Shown here: positions 1-13,447 of the stretch, piece after piece
How the letters are laid out: every line of letters starts with the position of its first letter
Position numbering within the stretch: position 1 is the first letter of the stretch
DNA from: Fidelibacterota bacterium
GTDB taxonomy: Bacteria > Fidelibacterota > Marinisomatia > Marinisomatales > Marinisomataceae
DNA length: 64,000 bases
Reading direction: 5' to 3'
Assembly (NCBI GenBank): GCA_045560235.1
Contig: JBJKZP010000008.1
Location: 3,300-67,299, forward strand
Notes under the pieces: generated by a model
Told to the model about the DNA's origin: nothing
Databases searched by the model: none
The model's input: the letters and a program-made list of their open reading frames with translations, nothing else
Program-made: the position numbers and the translations under genes

Positions 1-29
1 TGGCCTATTTTAAACTATTAAAATAAAAA

Positions 30-794
30 TTAAAACCTAATTTTTTTTCCAGTAGCCATTAATTGAACTGCCATGATAGTTGTAGCAATTGTAAATATAA
101 TTAAAAAAATGGAAGATACTGCAAATGATGCATCAGAAACTCCTAATGTTGCCTCTCTTAAAGCGCTTATTGCATAATAAATCGGATTTACTTGACTTAA
201 GGTCATTGCCCACCCAGGAAGCATTTTAATTGAATAAAATATTCCGCCCAAAAAACTAAAAGGAGTAATAACAAAATTTTGGATTAAAGCTAGCTGATCC
301 CAAGAATCAGACAACTGCCCAACAAATAGACCTAAGCTCGAGAAAGACCACGCAACTAAAAATATAAATAATAATGTAAGGGGGAGATTTAAGATTGGCA
401 TCCCAGCAAGCCAACAGATTACAAGAATCAATACTCCATTAACAAATCCTCTTATTGTTCCTCCAATAATAAAAGATAAGGATAATTCTAAGCTTGATAA
501 GGGAGTAATTAAAAGCTCGGGGAGTGTTTGTAATAATTTCATTTGTAACATTGATGAAGCAGAGTTTGCTGTTGCATTTGTTATTACGTTCATCATAAGA
601 AGGCCTGGTAAAATATAAATTTTATATGATACTCCGCCAATCTCAGTTATTCTATTTTCCAATGCTACACCAAATACAAAGATGTATAAAAGTGTTGTGA
701 CAATACCTGGAATAATTGTCTGTCTCCAGACAGAGAAAAATCGCATAATTTCTCTTGAAGAAAGCGTATAAAATCCTACCCAGTTCTTAATCAT
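30..794 (-). CDS. ABC-2 type transporter permease (YadH-like)
   Basis: Six hydrophobic segments, RFFSVWRQT, YILPGLLMM, PFSFLGGIFYSI and NPIYYAI motifs; overlaps the upstream ABC ATPase gene. Confidence 0.88.
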   Translation of the reverse strand: MIKNWVGFYTLSSREIMRFFSVWRQTIIPGIVTTLLYIFVFGVALENRITEIGGVSYKIYILPGLLMMNVITNATANSASSMLQMKLLQTLPELLITPLSSLELSLSFIIGGTIRGFVNGVLILVICWLAGMPILNLPLTLLFIFLVAWSFSSLGLFVGQLSDSWDQLALIQNFVITPFSFLGGIFYSIKMLPGWAMTLSQVNPIYYAISALREATLGVSDASFAVSSIFLIIFTIATTIMAVQLMATGKKIRF

Positions 795-1716
795 TTATCT
801 TTCTCCCTGTTAAATCTAAAAAAACATCCTCTAAAGATGTTTGAGGAATATGAATATCTTCAATTTTGATAGCTTTTTCAGAAAACTTAAGAATAATCGA
901 TGGCAATTCCATATTTGGCTTATCCGTAATAATATTAATTTTTTTATCATTTATATGGTGCTCATATTCATTCAAGAATTGAGGTTTATTCTCTAATGTA
1001 TCTTTTAATTGAATTTCTATAGATGAGTTTTTTACTATCTTTTTGAGATTGTTTACTGAATCTTCAACAATCAATCTTCCTTTATCAATAATTCCTACTT
1101 TTTCACACAACAACTCTGCCTCGTCAATATAGTGCGTAGTTAATAAAATTGTCTTTCCTTCATCATGTAGTTCTTGTAAATATGCCCATAAATCGTGTCT
1201 TAATTCCACATCAACTCCAGCAGTAGGTTCATCTAAAATAATAATATCCGGGTCATGTACTAAAGCTTTTGCAATTTGCAGTCTTCTTTTCATACCCCCT
1301 GACAATTCTCTCATTTTTTTAGATTTGTGTTTTGATAAACCTAGTTTATGAAGCAAATACTCTATTCTTTCTTTTGCATCCCTTCTAAGTACACCATAAA
1401 ACCCTGCTTGGAAATAAAGCAACTGCTCAATTGGGAAAAACCAATCTTGACTAACTTCCTGCTGAGCTATACCAATCTTTGATCTGGCAAATCTAAAATT
1501 TTCTTCAATATTTTTACCAAAGATTTCTATAGATCCTTTAGATGGTTTTACTAAGCTAGTAATGGAATTTATAGTTGTAGATTTACCCGCACCATTTGGA
1601 CCCAGCAGACCATAAAATTCTCCCTTCTTAATTTCAAGATCTATCCCATTTACTGCCTCGATATCTTCATAGGATTTGAAAAGATTGATTATTTTTATGG
1701 CAAGATTATTGTTCAT
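787..1716 (-). CDS. ABC transporter ATP-binding protein (YadG/DrrA-like)
   Basis: Walker A GPNGAGKST, signature LSGGMKRR, Walker B IIILDEPT, H-loop TTHY; start placed at MNNNLAIK (ORF is open to 1740). Confidence 0.92.
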   Translation of the reverse strand: MNNNLAIKIINLFKSYEDIEAVNGIDLEIKKGEFYGLLGPNGAGKSTTINSITSLVKPSKGSIEIFGKNIEENFRFARSKIGIAQQEVSQDWFFPIEQLLYFQAGFYGVLRRDAKERIEYLLHKLGLSKHKSKKMRELSGGMKRRLQIAKALVHDPDIIILDEPTAGVDVELRHDLWAYLQELHDEGKTILLTTHYIDEAELLCEKVGIIDKGRLIVEDSVNNLKKIVKNSSIEIQLKDTLENKPQFLNEYEHHINDKKINIITDKPNMELPSIILKFSEKAIKIEDIHIPQTSLEDVFLDLTGRKIND

Positions 1717-1761
1717 TAGTAGTTCTGATTTTATAAACACTTATTCATTTAAAATAGAATT

Positions 1762-4711
<2,950 letters not shown>

Positions 4712-4712
<1 letters not shown>

Positions 4713-5800
4713 TATGAAATAATTTGTAATTCTTTTGATGTCTTATTAAGAATTTCTGCACCATTTTCTTTTACAATAATATCATCTTCAATTCTAACTC
4801 CGCCTACATTTTTTACATAAATCCCAGGTTCAACAGTCATAACATAGTTCGCCTCTAAAACATCTTTACTGACCTTGCTAAATCTTGGATCTTCATGAAT
4901 TTCTAAACCCAATGAATGTCCAAGTCCATGATCAAAGTATTTATCATATCCTGATTTTTTAATATGGTTTCTAGCTATCGAATCAATATCCTTGCAATTA
5001 GCACCTGCTTTAATACCGTCGATACTTTTAGTTTGTGCTTCTAGAACTATATTATATATAGATTTTTGTTCATCTGAACAGCCTTTGGTGGCGAATGAAC
5101 GAGTCATATCAGCATGATATCCTGCAAACTTTGCTCCGGAATCTATTACTAACAATTCACCTGGGCCGATTTTTCTATCTGTTGGTTTATGATGTGGCTT
5201 TGCTGAATTTGGTCCAGTTCCTACGATTGCTGCAAAGGCATCAGAATCTGAGTCTCCATACTGCCTGTATAAAAAGGACAGCTTATTTGCAATAGCTTTT
5301 TCTTCAACGCCTATTCTAACCATCGGGAATACTTCCGCAAAAGCTCTGTCAGTAATCTCTACTGCTGTTCTTATAGCTTCTAATTCTTTCTCATCTTTTT
5401 TCATTGCCATTTTTTCAATCATTCCATTTATATTTTGAAGATTTATTCCGGATAATACCTTTGAAATAGTTTGAAAGCTTTGGTGAGTTATATTGTTACC
5501 ATCAAAAGCAATAGCTGAACCATTTTTAAGTATTTTTTTTTCTCTAATTACTTCAAAATGTGAAATGCTATCAATTATTATTCTCGCACCTTTTACTTCA
5601 TTTTCAGATTGAAATACATATCTACCATCTGTAATAAAAATTAATTCTTCTGGCATAACTAAAAGGGTGGCACTAGAACCAGTAAACCCACACAAGTATC
5701 TTATATGAATTAAGTTAGTAACCAGCATACCATCAATATTTTTTTTAGCTAGCTTTTCTTTTAATTTATCTTGTCTTCTTTTAAAGTATTCTAAGCTCAT
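4712..5800 (-). CDS. Xaa-Pro aminopeptidase/dipeptidase (M24B)
   Basis: N-terminal creatinase-like RYLCGFTGS; metal ligands DSGA, DMTR, HGLGHSLGLEIHE, TVEPG, GVRIED. Confidence 0.93.
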
Positions 5801-5809
5801 ATATTTTCC

Positions 5810-6220
5810 TTACAAATCTTTTAACATTCTATTAGCTTTAATAACATTCTTATTAACTTTAGAGTGCTTAATAATTAATCTTAAATTCTTTTTGGCTTGG
5901 AGTTTTTTTCCTTGATCAATCATAAGCTTTATCAAAGATAAGGTCACAAGTTTTGGATTTTTAATACTTTTTTTGGATTTTATATTTATTGGCTTATGTT
6001 TTATATCTAAATCAAGATTAAGTCGCTTTAGCTCCTTATATATAACATTTTTTTTGGGGGAATTTTTTCTATTATATAATTCATATAAAAGCAAATAAGC
6101 AGTATAAAAATCTTTGTCATGATCTATCACTTTATTTAAAAGCTTTTTTGCATCGCCATATTTTTCTTGCTTAAAAGCTTTTTCTGCTTTTAAGAAAGTT
6201 GTCGTTACATTCGAAATCAT
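5810..6220 (-). CDS. Hypothetical basic protein with TPR-like helices
   Basis: KAEKAFKQEKYGDAKKLLNKVI and VTLSLIKLMIDQGKKLQA resemble TPR-type helices; stop/start coupled to neighbours. Confidence 0.55.
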   Translation of the reverse strand: MISNVTTTFLKAEKAFKQEKYGDAKKLLNKVIDHDKDFYTAYLLLYELYNRKNSPKKNVIYKELKRLNLDLDIKHKPINIKSKKSIKNPKLVTLSLIKLMIDQGKKLQAKKNLRLIIKHSKVNKNVIKANRMLKDL

Positions 6221-6627
6221 CTTCTATTTTCCTTAACCCAATTTTCGATGTACACTAAAGATTCTTTCACTGGAGTTCCTGGCCCAAAAAGCTGACCAAC
6301 GCCTTTTTTTGATAGTTCTTTACTGTCTTCATCTGGAATAATTCCTCCTCCAGTAACAAGAACATTTTTGAGCTTATACTCCTTTATGAGCTCCATAACT
6401 TTTGTGAATATTGTCATGTGTGCTCCTGACAAGATAGATAAAGCTATAACATCAACGCCTTCTTGAATTGCAACCCTTACTACGCTTTCAGGAGTTTGAC
6501 GAAGACCAAGATAAATTACATCCATTCCTGCATCTCTGTAAGCAGCTGCTAAAACCTTAATCCCGCGATCGTGCCCATCTAACCCAGGTTTTGCCATAAG
6601 TATTCTAATTGGTGGATTTATATTCAT
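6217..6627 (-). CDS. Cobalamin-binding domain protein (methylmalonyl-CoA mutase small subunit type)
   Basis: AKPGLDGHDRG (DxHxxG base-off motif), SILSGAH, GGGIIP, FGPGT. Confidence 0.93.
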   Translation of the reverse strand: MNINPPIRILMAKPGLDGHDRGIKVLAAAYRDAGMDVIYLGLRQTPESVVRVAIQEGVDVIALSILSGAHMTIFTKVMELIKEYKLKNVLVTGGGIIPDEDSKELSKKGVGQLFGPGTPVKESLVYIENWVKENRR

Positions 6628-6635
6628 GTTTTAAT

Positions 6636-9600
6636 TTAATCAATCCAAACGTTTGATTCCCCTAATAAATCTCTTAATAAAATAAGAAATTGATTGTTGT
6701 TTGAAACTTTCATTTTCTTTGAAACAATCTTTCTTTCACCTTCATTATCTGATGGGATATGAACAATAAATAAGTGGTCTCCAGTATTATTTTTTGCAAG
6801 ATTAACAATGTCATTCATTAAATCTTTTGATGAATTTTTTGGTAGTCTAATATTTACCTCATTTAATTTTAAAACTCTTTTTGCATGGTTGATTGGCACA
6901 ACCTCATCGACAATTAGTTTTAGATCTGCAAAATCATTCTGAGAAGATGTATGGCCAACTAGAAAGACAATATTATTGTCTTTAATTATTTCTTTATATT
7001 TATCAAAAGCATCGTGAAAAATAATTGCTTCCGCTTGCCCGCCTAAACAATCAAGATTGAAGAAGGCCATTTGTTGATTTTTTTTATCAAAATGCAGTTT
7101 AAAATTTGTTACAGCGCCACCAATCTTTATTATGGAATTTTCTTTAATTATTTTTTTATCTGAAAAGTCATAATTGCTTAATTCTTCTATAGTGTCTGCA
7201 TATTTAATTAATGGATTACCTGAGACATACAGCCCAAGAACCTCTTTTTCTTTTGACAGCTTATCTTGATTTTCCCAATCCTCTATTATTGGTAAATCAG
7301 GAATTTTAATTAAGTTTTCTTCTTCTCCAAAAAGATTTATTTGATTTTTATTTGATTGTTTGTCAATCTGTTGACCATAACTAATAGCAATATCTATTGC
7401 TTCGTATAACTGTGCTCTACTGCTGTTAACTGAATCAAACGCTCCTGCTAATATTAGGCTCTCCAATACTTTCTTATTAACCAGTCTTTGATCAACCCTA
7501 GAAATAAAATCAAATATTGATTTAAATTCTCCACTTTTTTCTCGAACCTCAATACATTGCTCTAAAGCCTTAATACCAACATTTTTTACAGCATTTAATC
7601 CAAAAGAAATTTCTTTATCATTAAGGGGTTCAAAATTGATGCCAGATTTGTTTATATCGGGTGCATGCACTTTTATTTTCAGTTTTCTACACTCATTTAT
7701 AAGCACAACCACTTTATTGGTATTATTCATTTCGCTTGTCAAGTTTGCAGACATAAATTCAGCTGTATAGTGCGTTTTGAGCCAGCCCGTTTGATAAGCA
7801 ATATATGAATATGCAACTGAATGACTTTTATTAAAACCGTACTGAGCAAATTTATCTATTAAGTCAAAAATTTGTGTTGCTTTTGCTTTAGACAAACCAT
7901 TTTTAACAGCGCCTTTAACAAATTTATCAGCCATCTTATCCATTAATGACCTAATTTTTTTACCAATAGCTCTTCTCATTTCATCCGCTTCTGATAATGT
8001 AAATCCTGCAATAATATTGGCAATCTGCATTACTTGTTCTTGATAAACTATAATCCCATAAGTCTCTTTTAGTGCTTCTTCTAATAGAGGGTGGACGTAT
8101 TGAACTTTTTCTTTTCCGTGTGCTCTTTTTATATACTTATCAATATTCTGCATTGGTCCTGGTCTATACAGTGCATTCATTGCTATCAAACCATCGATAC
8201 TTTTGGGTTGTAATTTTTTCAAAAATTCTCGCATACCAGCTGATTCAAATTGAAAAATTCCAACCGTCAATCCTTTTGCAAAAAGTTTATATACTTTTGG
8301 ATCTTCCATATCTATATCGTCAATATTTATTTCTTTATTAAATCTCTTTTTTATCAGGTCAATTGTTCTGTCAATAACTGTTAAGTTTCTTAGGCCGAGA
8401 AAGTCCATTTTTAACAAACCTATTGACTCTAGCTCTTTCATATCATATTGTGTTGTAACGTCTCCCTGTGATGACCTATACAATGGAACAAAATCTGTTA
8501 AATCGCCAGGAGCAACAACAACACCAGCTGCATGTATAGATGCGTGCCGAGTCATTCCCTCAAGGATCTTTGCATTGTCGATTAGCTCTTTATAATTTGT
8601 TTGAGATACTGTTCGTAGATCTGAATTTTGCTTTAATGCTTTATCAAGAGTTACTTTTGGTCCTTCCGGAATCATTTTAGCAATCTTGTCTACCTCAGAA
8701 TATGAATAACTCATAACTCTACCTACATCTCTAATAACTGCCCTAGCATTCATTTTTCCAAAAGTAATAATTTGTGTTACAGAATCCTCTCCATAAATAC
8801 TTTTTAAATAGTCTATTACTTGACCTCTTCTCTCAACACAAAAATCGATGTCAATATCAGGCATACTTATTCTGTCTGGATTAAGAAATCTTTCAAAAAT
8901 TAAATTATGTTTTAAAGGATCAATATTTGTTATATCTAATGCATACGAAACTAAGCTCCCAGGAGCAGAGCCTCTACCTGGGCCAACGGGAATTTTATTT
9001 CTCTTAGCATATTGAACAAAATCAGCAGTGATTAAAAAGTAGCTAGCAAACCCCATTTTTTTGATAACAGACAACTCATAATCAAGTCTATCATTTATCT
9101 CGCTATTAATTCCGTCATATTTATTTCTTAATCCTGCGCTACATAATGATTTCAAATGATCATCAATATCTTTTGATTTTGTATCTTCAGGAATTGTGTA
9201 CCATGGTAAATGATAGTCCTTCATTGGTATTTCTAAATCAATAGAGTCTGTCAAAGCTCTTGTATTTTCAAGCGCCTGAGGAAACTGTTTGAATAAAGAA
9301 AACATTTCATCTTGTGATTTAAAATAAAATTCATTACCAGGATATTTTAGTCTATTTTTATCTGATAGTTGCTTCCCCGTTCCAATACAAATATGTACGT
9401 CGTGCGCTTTGTAATGTTCTTTTTTGGCATAGTGGGCATCATTGGTAGCAATTATTGGCAGGTTCATATCTTTTGCTAACTTTGTTGCTAATTGAATATT
9501 TTGAAGCTCTTCAGGAATACCATGATTTTGAAGTTCAACATAATACCTACCAGGAAAAATGCTTGAATATTCTTCAGCAACCTTTTTACCTGCATCCAAA

Positions 9601-10058
9601 CCATTATATATCAATGTTTCAGGAAGTATTCCTTTTAAACAAGCTGAAAGGCATATAATACCTTCGTTATATTTTTTTAAAATCTCAGTATCAATTCTTG
9701 GCTTGTAATAAAAACCTTCTAGATAGCCGTGTGTAACTATTTTCATCAAGTTTTTATATCCTTGATAGTTTTGAGCAATTAATACAAGATGATTATATTG
9801 GCCCATTCCGCTTGATCTGTCTTTTTGAAAACGGCTTCCTTTAGCTACATAAACTTCACAGCCAATAATAGGCTTAATATTTTTATCTCTGGCTTTTTTA
9901 TAAAAAGAAACAGCACCAAAAAGATTTCCGTGCTCTGTAAGAGCAACAGAGTCCATTCCCAAGTCATGAATTGTTTCAAGAACTGATGGGATATTTTGTG
10001 CGCCATCTAGCAAACTGTTGTCAGAATGATTATGTAGGTGAATAAATTCGCTTTTCAT
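6636..10058 (-). CDS. dnaE: DNA polymerase III alpha subunit
   Basis: PHP domain HLHNHS...SLLDGA, GPGRGSA, PDIDIDF, KMDFLGL, YGFNKSHS; no intein-sized insertion. Confidence 0.99.
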   Translation of the reverse strand: MKSEFIHLHNHSDNSLLDGAQNIPSVLETIHDLGMDSVALTEHGNLFGAVSFYKKARDKNIKPIIGCEVYVAKGSRFQKDRSSGMGQYNHLVLIAQNYQGYKNLMKIVTHGYLEGFYYKPRIDTEILKKYNEGIICLSACLKGILPETLIYNGLDAGKKVAEEYSSIFPGRYYVELQNHGIPEELQNIQLATKLAKDMNLPIIATNDAHYAKKEHYKAHDVHICIGTGKQLSDKNRLKYPGNEFYFKSQDEMFSLFKQFPQALENTRALTDSIDLEIPMKDYHLPWYTIPEDTKSKDIDDHLKSLCSAGLRNKYDGINSEINDRLDYELSVIKKMGFASYFLITADFVQYAKRNKIPVGPGRGSAPGSLVSYALDITNIDPLKHNLIFERFLNPDRISMPDIDIDFCVERRGQVIDYLKSIYGEDSVTQIITFGKMNARAVIRDVGRVMSYSYSEVDKIAKMIPEGPKVTLDKALKQNSDLRTVSQTNYKELIDNAKILEGMTRHASIHAAGVVVAPGDLTDFVPLYRSSQGDVTTQYDMKELESIGLLKMDFLGLRNLTVIDRTIDLIKKRFNKEINIDDIDMEDPKVYKLFAKGLTVGIFQFESAGMREFLKKLQPKSIDGLIAMNALYRPGPMQNIDKYIKRAHGKEKVQYVHPLLEEALKETYGIIVYQEQVMQIANIIAGFTLSEADEMRRAIGKKIRSLMDKMADKFVKGAVKNGLSKAKATQIFDLIDKFAQYGFNKSHSVAYSYIAYQTGWLKTHYTAEFMSANLTSEMNNTNKVVVLINECRKLKIKVHAPDINKSGINFEPLNDKEISFGLNAVKNVGIKALEQCIEVREKSGEFKSIFDFISRVDQRLVNKKVLESLILAGAFDSVNSSRAQLYEAIDIAISYGQQIDKQSNKNQINLFGEEENLIKIPDLPIIEDWENQDKLSKEKEVLGLYVSGNPLIKYADTIEELSNYDFSDKKIIKENSIIKIGGAVTNFKLHFDKKNQQMAFFNLDCLGGQAEAIIFHDAFDKYKEIIKDNNIVFLVGHTSSQNDFADLKLIVDEVVPINHAKRVLKLNEVNIRLPKNSSKDLMNDIVNLAKNNTGDHLFIVHIPSDNEGERKIVSKKMKVSNNNQFLILLRDLLGESNVWID

Positions 10059-10064
10059 ACGTAC

Positions 10065-10913
10065 TTAATATATCTTAATTACTCTATTTTTTCCTTCTAA
10101 ATCTTTTAAAAAAATAGATTTATTGGGATTAAATTTTTTATTAAATGATTCAATATCCGTAGCAACGGGCGAGCAAGGCAACTCAATCAGCATGGTGCCA
10201 TTTTTTTTCATTAAAGATTTAAAATTAGAAATCAAAAACTTATAATATAAAGTTCCGTCATCAAAGTCTGTTAAAGCTGATTCAGGGTCGTGATTTTTAA
10301 CAGAACAATCTAAGCTTTCCATTTCTTCTTTTGCTATATAGGGTGGATTGCAGACCAATAAATCAACTTTATTAATTTTAAGGTTAAATATGTCTTCTTT
10401 TAAAAATTTTACGTTAGCTATTTGTAGCAATTTTTGGTTTTTTTCTGCTACTTGAATTGCGAGACTTGAATGATCTACTCCGATGAAATCATTTTCTGGA
10501 AATTTCTTAGCAATGCTAAGAATGATACATCCGCTCCCTGTGCATAAATCTAAAATTCTTAATTTTTTTTTACTTGATGATATAAATTCAATTGCGCAAT
10601 CCACTATTAATTCTGTCTCTGGCCGTGGTATAAATACACCTGGAGGTGTAATAAAACTGTCATCATAAAAAAATGTTTCTTCAATAATATGTTGTACTGG
10701 CGTATTTATCATAAGACTATTAAACATATTATTTAAATCTTTGATGTTTTTTTTATCTAACGGAATATCTTTTAAATACAGGTCTGCTTTAGAAATCTTT
10801 AGATAATGCTGAATTATCATTTCAGATTTATTTTTTGATTCTTTGACATCGGTTTTTTTTAGCTTTGAAAGCTGTATATGTAAATAGTCTCTCAGAAGAG
10901 TAGTATTATTCAT
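10065..10913 (-). CDS. prmC: Release factor glutamine methyltransferase
   Basis: IPRPETE, LDLCTGSGCI, NPPY; directly downstream of prfA. Confidence 0.96.
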   Translation of the reverse strand: MNNTTLLRDYLHIQLSKLKKTDVKESKNKSEMIIQHYLKISKADLYLKDIPLDKKNIKDLNNMFNSLMINTPVQHIIEETFFYDDSFITPPGVFIPRPETELIVDCAIEFISSSKKKLRILDLCTGSGCIILSIAKKFPENDFIGVDHSSLAIQVAEKNQKLLQIANVKFLKEDIFNLKINKVDLLVCNPPYIAKEEMESLDCSVKNHDPESALTDFDDGTLYYKFLISNFKSLMKKNGTMLIELPCSPVATDIESFNKKFNPNKSIFLKDLEGKNRVIKIY

Positions 10914-10914
10914 T

Positions 10915-11970
10915 TTATTCTATTTGCGCGCTCTCTTCCGCAAGCTTTAACTGCTCAATCAAGTGAGAAATATCACCCTCTAAAGTAGCTTGAAGCTTAT
11001 GAGAAGTATAATTTATTCTATGATCCGTAATTCTTCCTTGAGGAAAATTATATGTTCTAATTTTTGCAGATCTATCTCCGGTTGAAACCAGGCTCTTTCT
11101 CATATTATCTCTATCTTTATTAAGCTTTTCTTGTTCCAAAGCAAACAGTCTAGATCGTAACACTTTCATCGCTGAAGCTTTATTTTTGTGCTGAGAGGCT
11201 TCGTCTTGACAGGTAACGACTAATCCTGTTGGGATATGTGTTAATCTTATAGCAGATTCTGTTTTGTTGACATGTTGACCTCCTGCACCACTAGCTCTAT
11301 AAGTATCAACTTTAATATCAGCATTATTAATCTCTATTTCTGCAGTTTCTGCTTCTGGCAAAACCGCTACAGTTGCAGCAGAAGTATGCACTCTTCCTCC
11401 AGATTCTGTTTTGGGTATTCTTTGAACGCGATGCACCCCACTTTCATATTTATAAGTACCATACGCCTTAGGGCCTTCTATGCTAAATGTAGCAGATTTC
11501 AATCCACCTACACCTGTTTCGTGAATATCCATCATGTTTATTTTAAAACTATTATTTTCTGCATACCTCATATACATTCGCATTAAATCTGATGCAAATA
11601 ATCCGGCCTCATCACCTCCAGCTCCTGCTCTTACTTCAATAATTGCATTTTTATTGTCATTTGGATCATCAGATATTAAAATTTTTAATAATTTTTCTTC
11701 TATAAGTGAAATTTGAGTATTTATTGTTGAGGATTCCTCTTTAACTAAATCTTCATATTCTTTTTCATTTTTCATATCATCTAAATCGATCAACTGCTCT
11801 TTTAAGCTAACATATTGTTTGCTCAGTTGGTACGACTCGTCTATTATGCTTTTTTCTCGAGAAAGGGTAGTCATTTTGTCTTGATCTAGCATAATTTTAG
11901 AATCCATCATTTGACTCATTATGTTATCATAATCAGAAATAATGCTTCTAGCCTTTGATAGAATGTCCAT
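10915..11970 (-). CDS. prfA: Peptide chain release factor 1
   Basis: GAGGQHVN, PKT (PxT) motif in HRVQRIPKTES, RTYNFPQGRITDHRI. Confidence 0.98.
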   Translation of the reverse strand: MDILSKARSIISDYDNIMSQMMDSKIMLDQDKMTTLSREKSIIDESYQLSKQYVSLKEQLIDLDDMKNEKEYEDLVKEESSTINTQISLIEEKLLKILISDDPNDNKNAIIEVRAGAGGDEAGLFASDLMRMYMRYAENNSFKINMMDIHETGVGGLKSATFSIEGPKAYGTYKYESGVHRVQRIPKTESGGRVHTSAATVAVLPEAETAEIEINNADIKVDTYRASGAGGQHVNKTESAIRLTHIPTGLVVTCQDEASQHKNKASAMKVLRSRLFALEQEKLNKDRDNMRKSLVSTGDRSAKIRTYNFPQGRITDHRINYTSHKLQATLEGDISHLIEQLKLAEESAQIE

Positions 11971-11999
11971 ATGATAATTTAGTTATTAAAAAAGAGGCT

Positions 12000-12254
12000 T
12001 TAAGAATCTTTTTTCTTGTATTTACGATTGAATTTTTCAATTCTACCAGCAGTATCAACAAGGGTTCTTTGCCCAGTATAATAAGGGTGAGATTTATCAG
12101 AAATCTCTATTTTGAAATGAGGATATTCTTTTCCATCTTCCCATTTGATAGTTTTATCTGTTTTTACAGTAGATCGAGTTAAAAAGGAGTAGTTACAAGA
12201 AGTGTCCTCAAAAACAACCAATCTATAATCTTCTGAATGTGTATCTTTTTTCAT
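12000..12254 (-). CDS. rpmE: 50S ribosomal protein L31, type B (no CxxC zinc site)
   Basis: MKKDTH, VVFED, SHPYYTG, VDTAGRIEKF; in the conserved rho-rpmE-prfA-prmC neighbourhood. Confidence 0.96.
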   Translation of the reverse strand: MKKDTHSEDYRLVVFEDTSCNYSFLTRSTVKTDKTIKWEDGKEYPHFKIEISDKSHPYYTGQRTLVDTAGRIEKFNRKYKKKDS

Positions 12255-13447
12255 TTTAGCTTTTCTAAACTTTTCTTTATTCTTTTTATGCCCTTTATGA
12301 TTGTTTCAGTGTTTGTTGCGAAAGAAAATCTTAAATATTTGTTCGCTCCAAAACCATCACCAGCAACAGTCACAACTTTAGCATCGGCGAGAATATAATC
12401 AGAAAGGTCGAAAGTGTCTTGTAAAATTTTTCCTTCTATCGTTTTTTTATTTAAGTAGTAAGAGAAGTCTGGAAACATGTAAAAGGCGCCTCCGGGCATA
12501 CCACATTCAACTCCATCTAAAGCATTCAACTCTTTATACATTACGGCTCTACGATTTCTAAACTTTTCTTTCATATCTAATACGGGCTGCTGATCACCTA
12601 AAAGTGCTGCAATTGAGGCTTTTTGTCCTATTGCATTTGGACACGATGTGGTCTGTCCTTGGATTTTTGACATTGCCTTTACAATGTTCTTATCAGCAGT
12701 AGTGTAACCAATTCTCCAGCCTGTCATTGCGTATGTTTTTGACATACTTCTAATTGTTATAATTTCACAACCATTATCATCTAATGATTGTATCGCTTTA
12801 AACTCACTATCATATACTAGTTCTTCATATGTTTCATCAGAAATAACAACCCAGTTATTTTTTTTACATATTTTTAATAGTTTTTTAATTGACTTATCTG
12901 ACCATACGCCTCCAGTTGGGTTGCTTGGAGAATTAATAATAACTCCTTTAACCGATGAATCAATTTTATTATTTAAATCTTCAAAATCTGGTTCAAATTG
13001 TTTATCTGAAACTGTGTCAACAAAGAGAGGTGTTGCACCAGCAATCCTAACAAATTCTGGAAAAGATACCCAATAAGGAGTAAAAATTATTACTTTGTCC
13101 CCCTTATCAAATATGGTCTGACAAACAACAGATAAAGACTGCTTACCACCATTAGAAACAATAATATTTTCTGGATGGTAATCTATATTTGTTAAGGAAT
13201 ATATTTTTTTTTGAATAGCTAGCTTGAGGTCTAACATTCCTGACCCTGGAGTATATTTTGTATAACCTTGGGTCATTGCATCCTTACCTGCTTCTATAAT
13301 GTGTTCTGGTGTATTAAAATCAGGCTCACCTACTCCAAAATTTATTACATCCTCTCCTTGGGCCCTTAATTCTGCGGCCCGGGAAGTCATTTGTAAAGTA
13401 AATGATGGTTTTATTTTTTCTACGAGACTTGAAAACTCTTTAAACAT
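12251..13447 (-). CDS. PLP-dependent class I aminotransferase (aspartate aminotransferase type)
   Basis: GEPDF, NSPSNPTG, SDETY, SKTYAMTGWRIG, GAFY. Confidence 0.93.
   Translation of the reverse strand: MFKEFSSLVEKIKPSFTLQMTSRAAELRAQGEDVINFGVGEPDFNTPEHIIEAGKDAMTQGYTKYTPGSGMLDLKLAIQKKIYSLTNIDYHPENIIVSNGGKQSLSVVCQTIFDKGDKVIIFTPYWVSFPEFVRIAGATPLFVDTVSDKQFEPDFEDLNNKIDSSVKGVIINSPSNPTGGVWSDKSIKKLLKICKKNNWVVISDETYEELVYDSEFKAIQSLDDNGCEIITIRSMSKTYAMTGWRIGYTTADKNIVKAMSKIQGQTTSCPNAIGQKASIAALLGDQQPVLDMKEKFRNRRAVMYKELNALDGVECGMPGGAFYMFPDFSYYLNKKTIEGKILQDTFDLSDYILADAKVVTVAGDGFGANKYLRFSFATNTETIIKGIKRIKKSLEKLK

Noticed and set aside
6636-10058. Intein or split in dnaE, also checked gyrB and gyrA
   Set aside because: Normal lengths, continuous motifs, no splice-junction insertion seen
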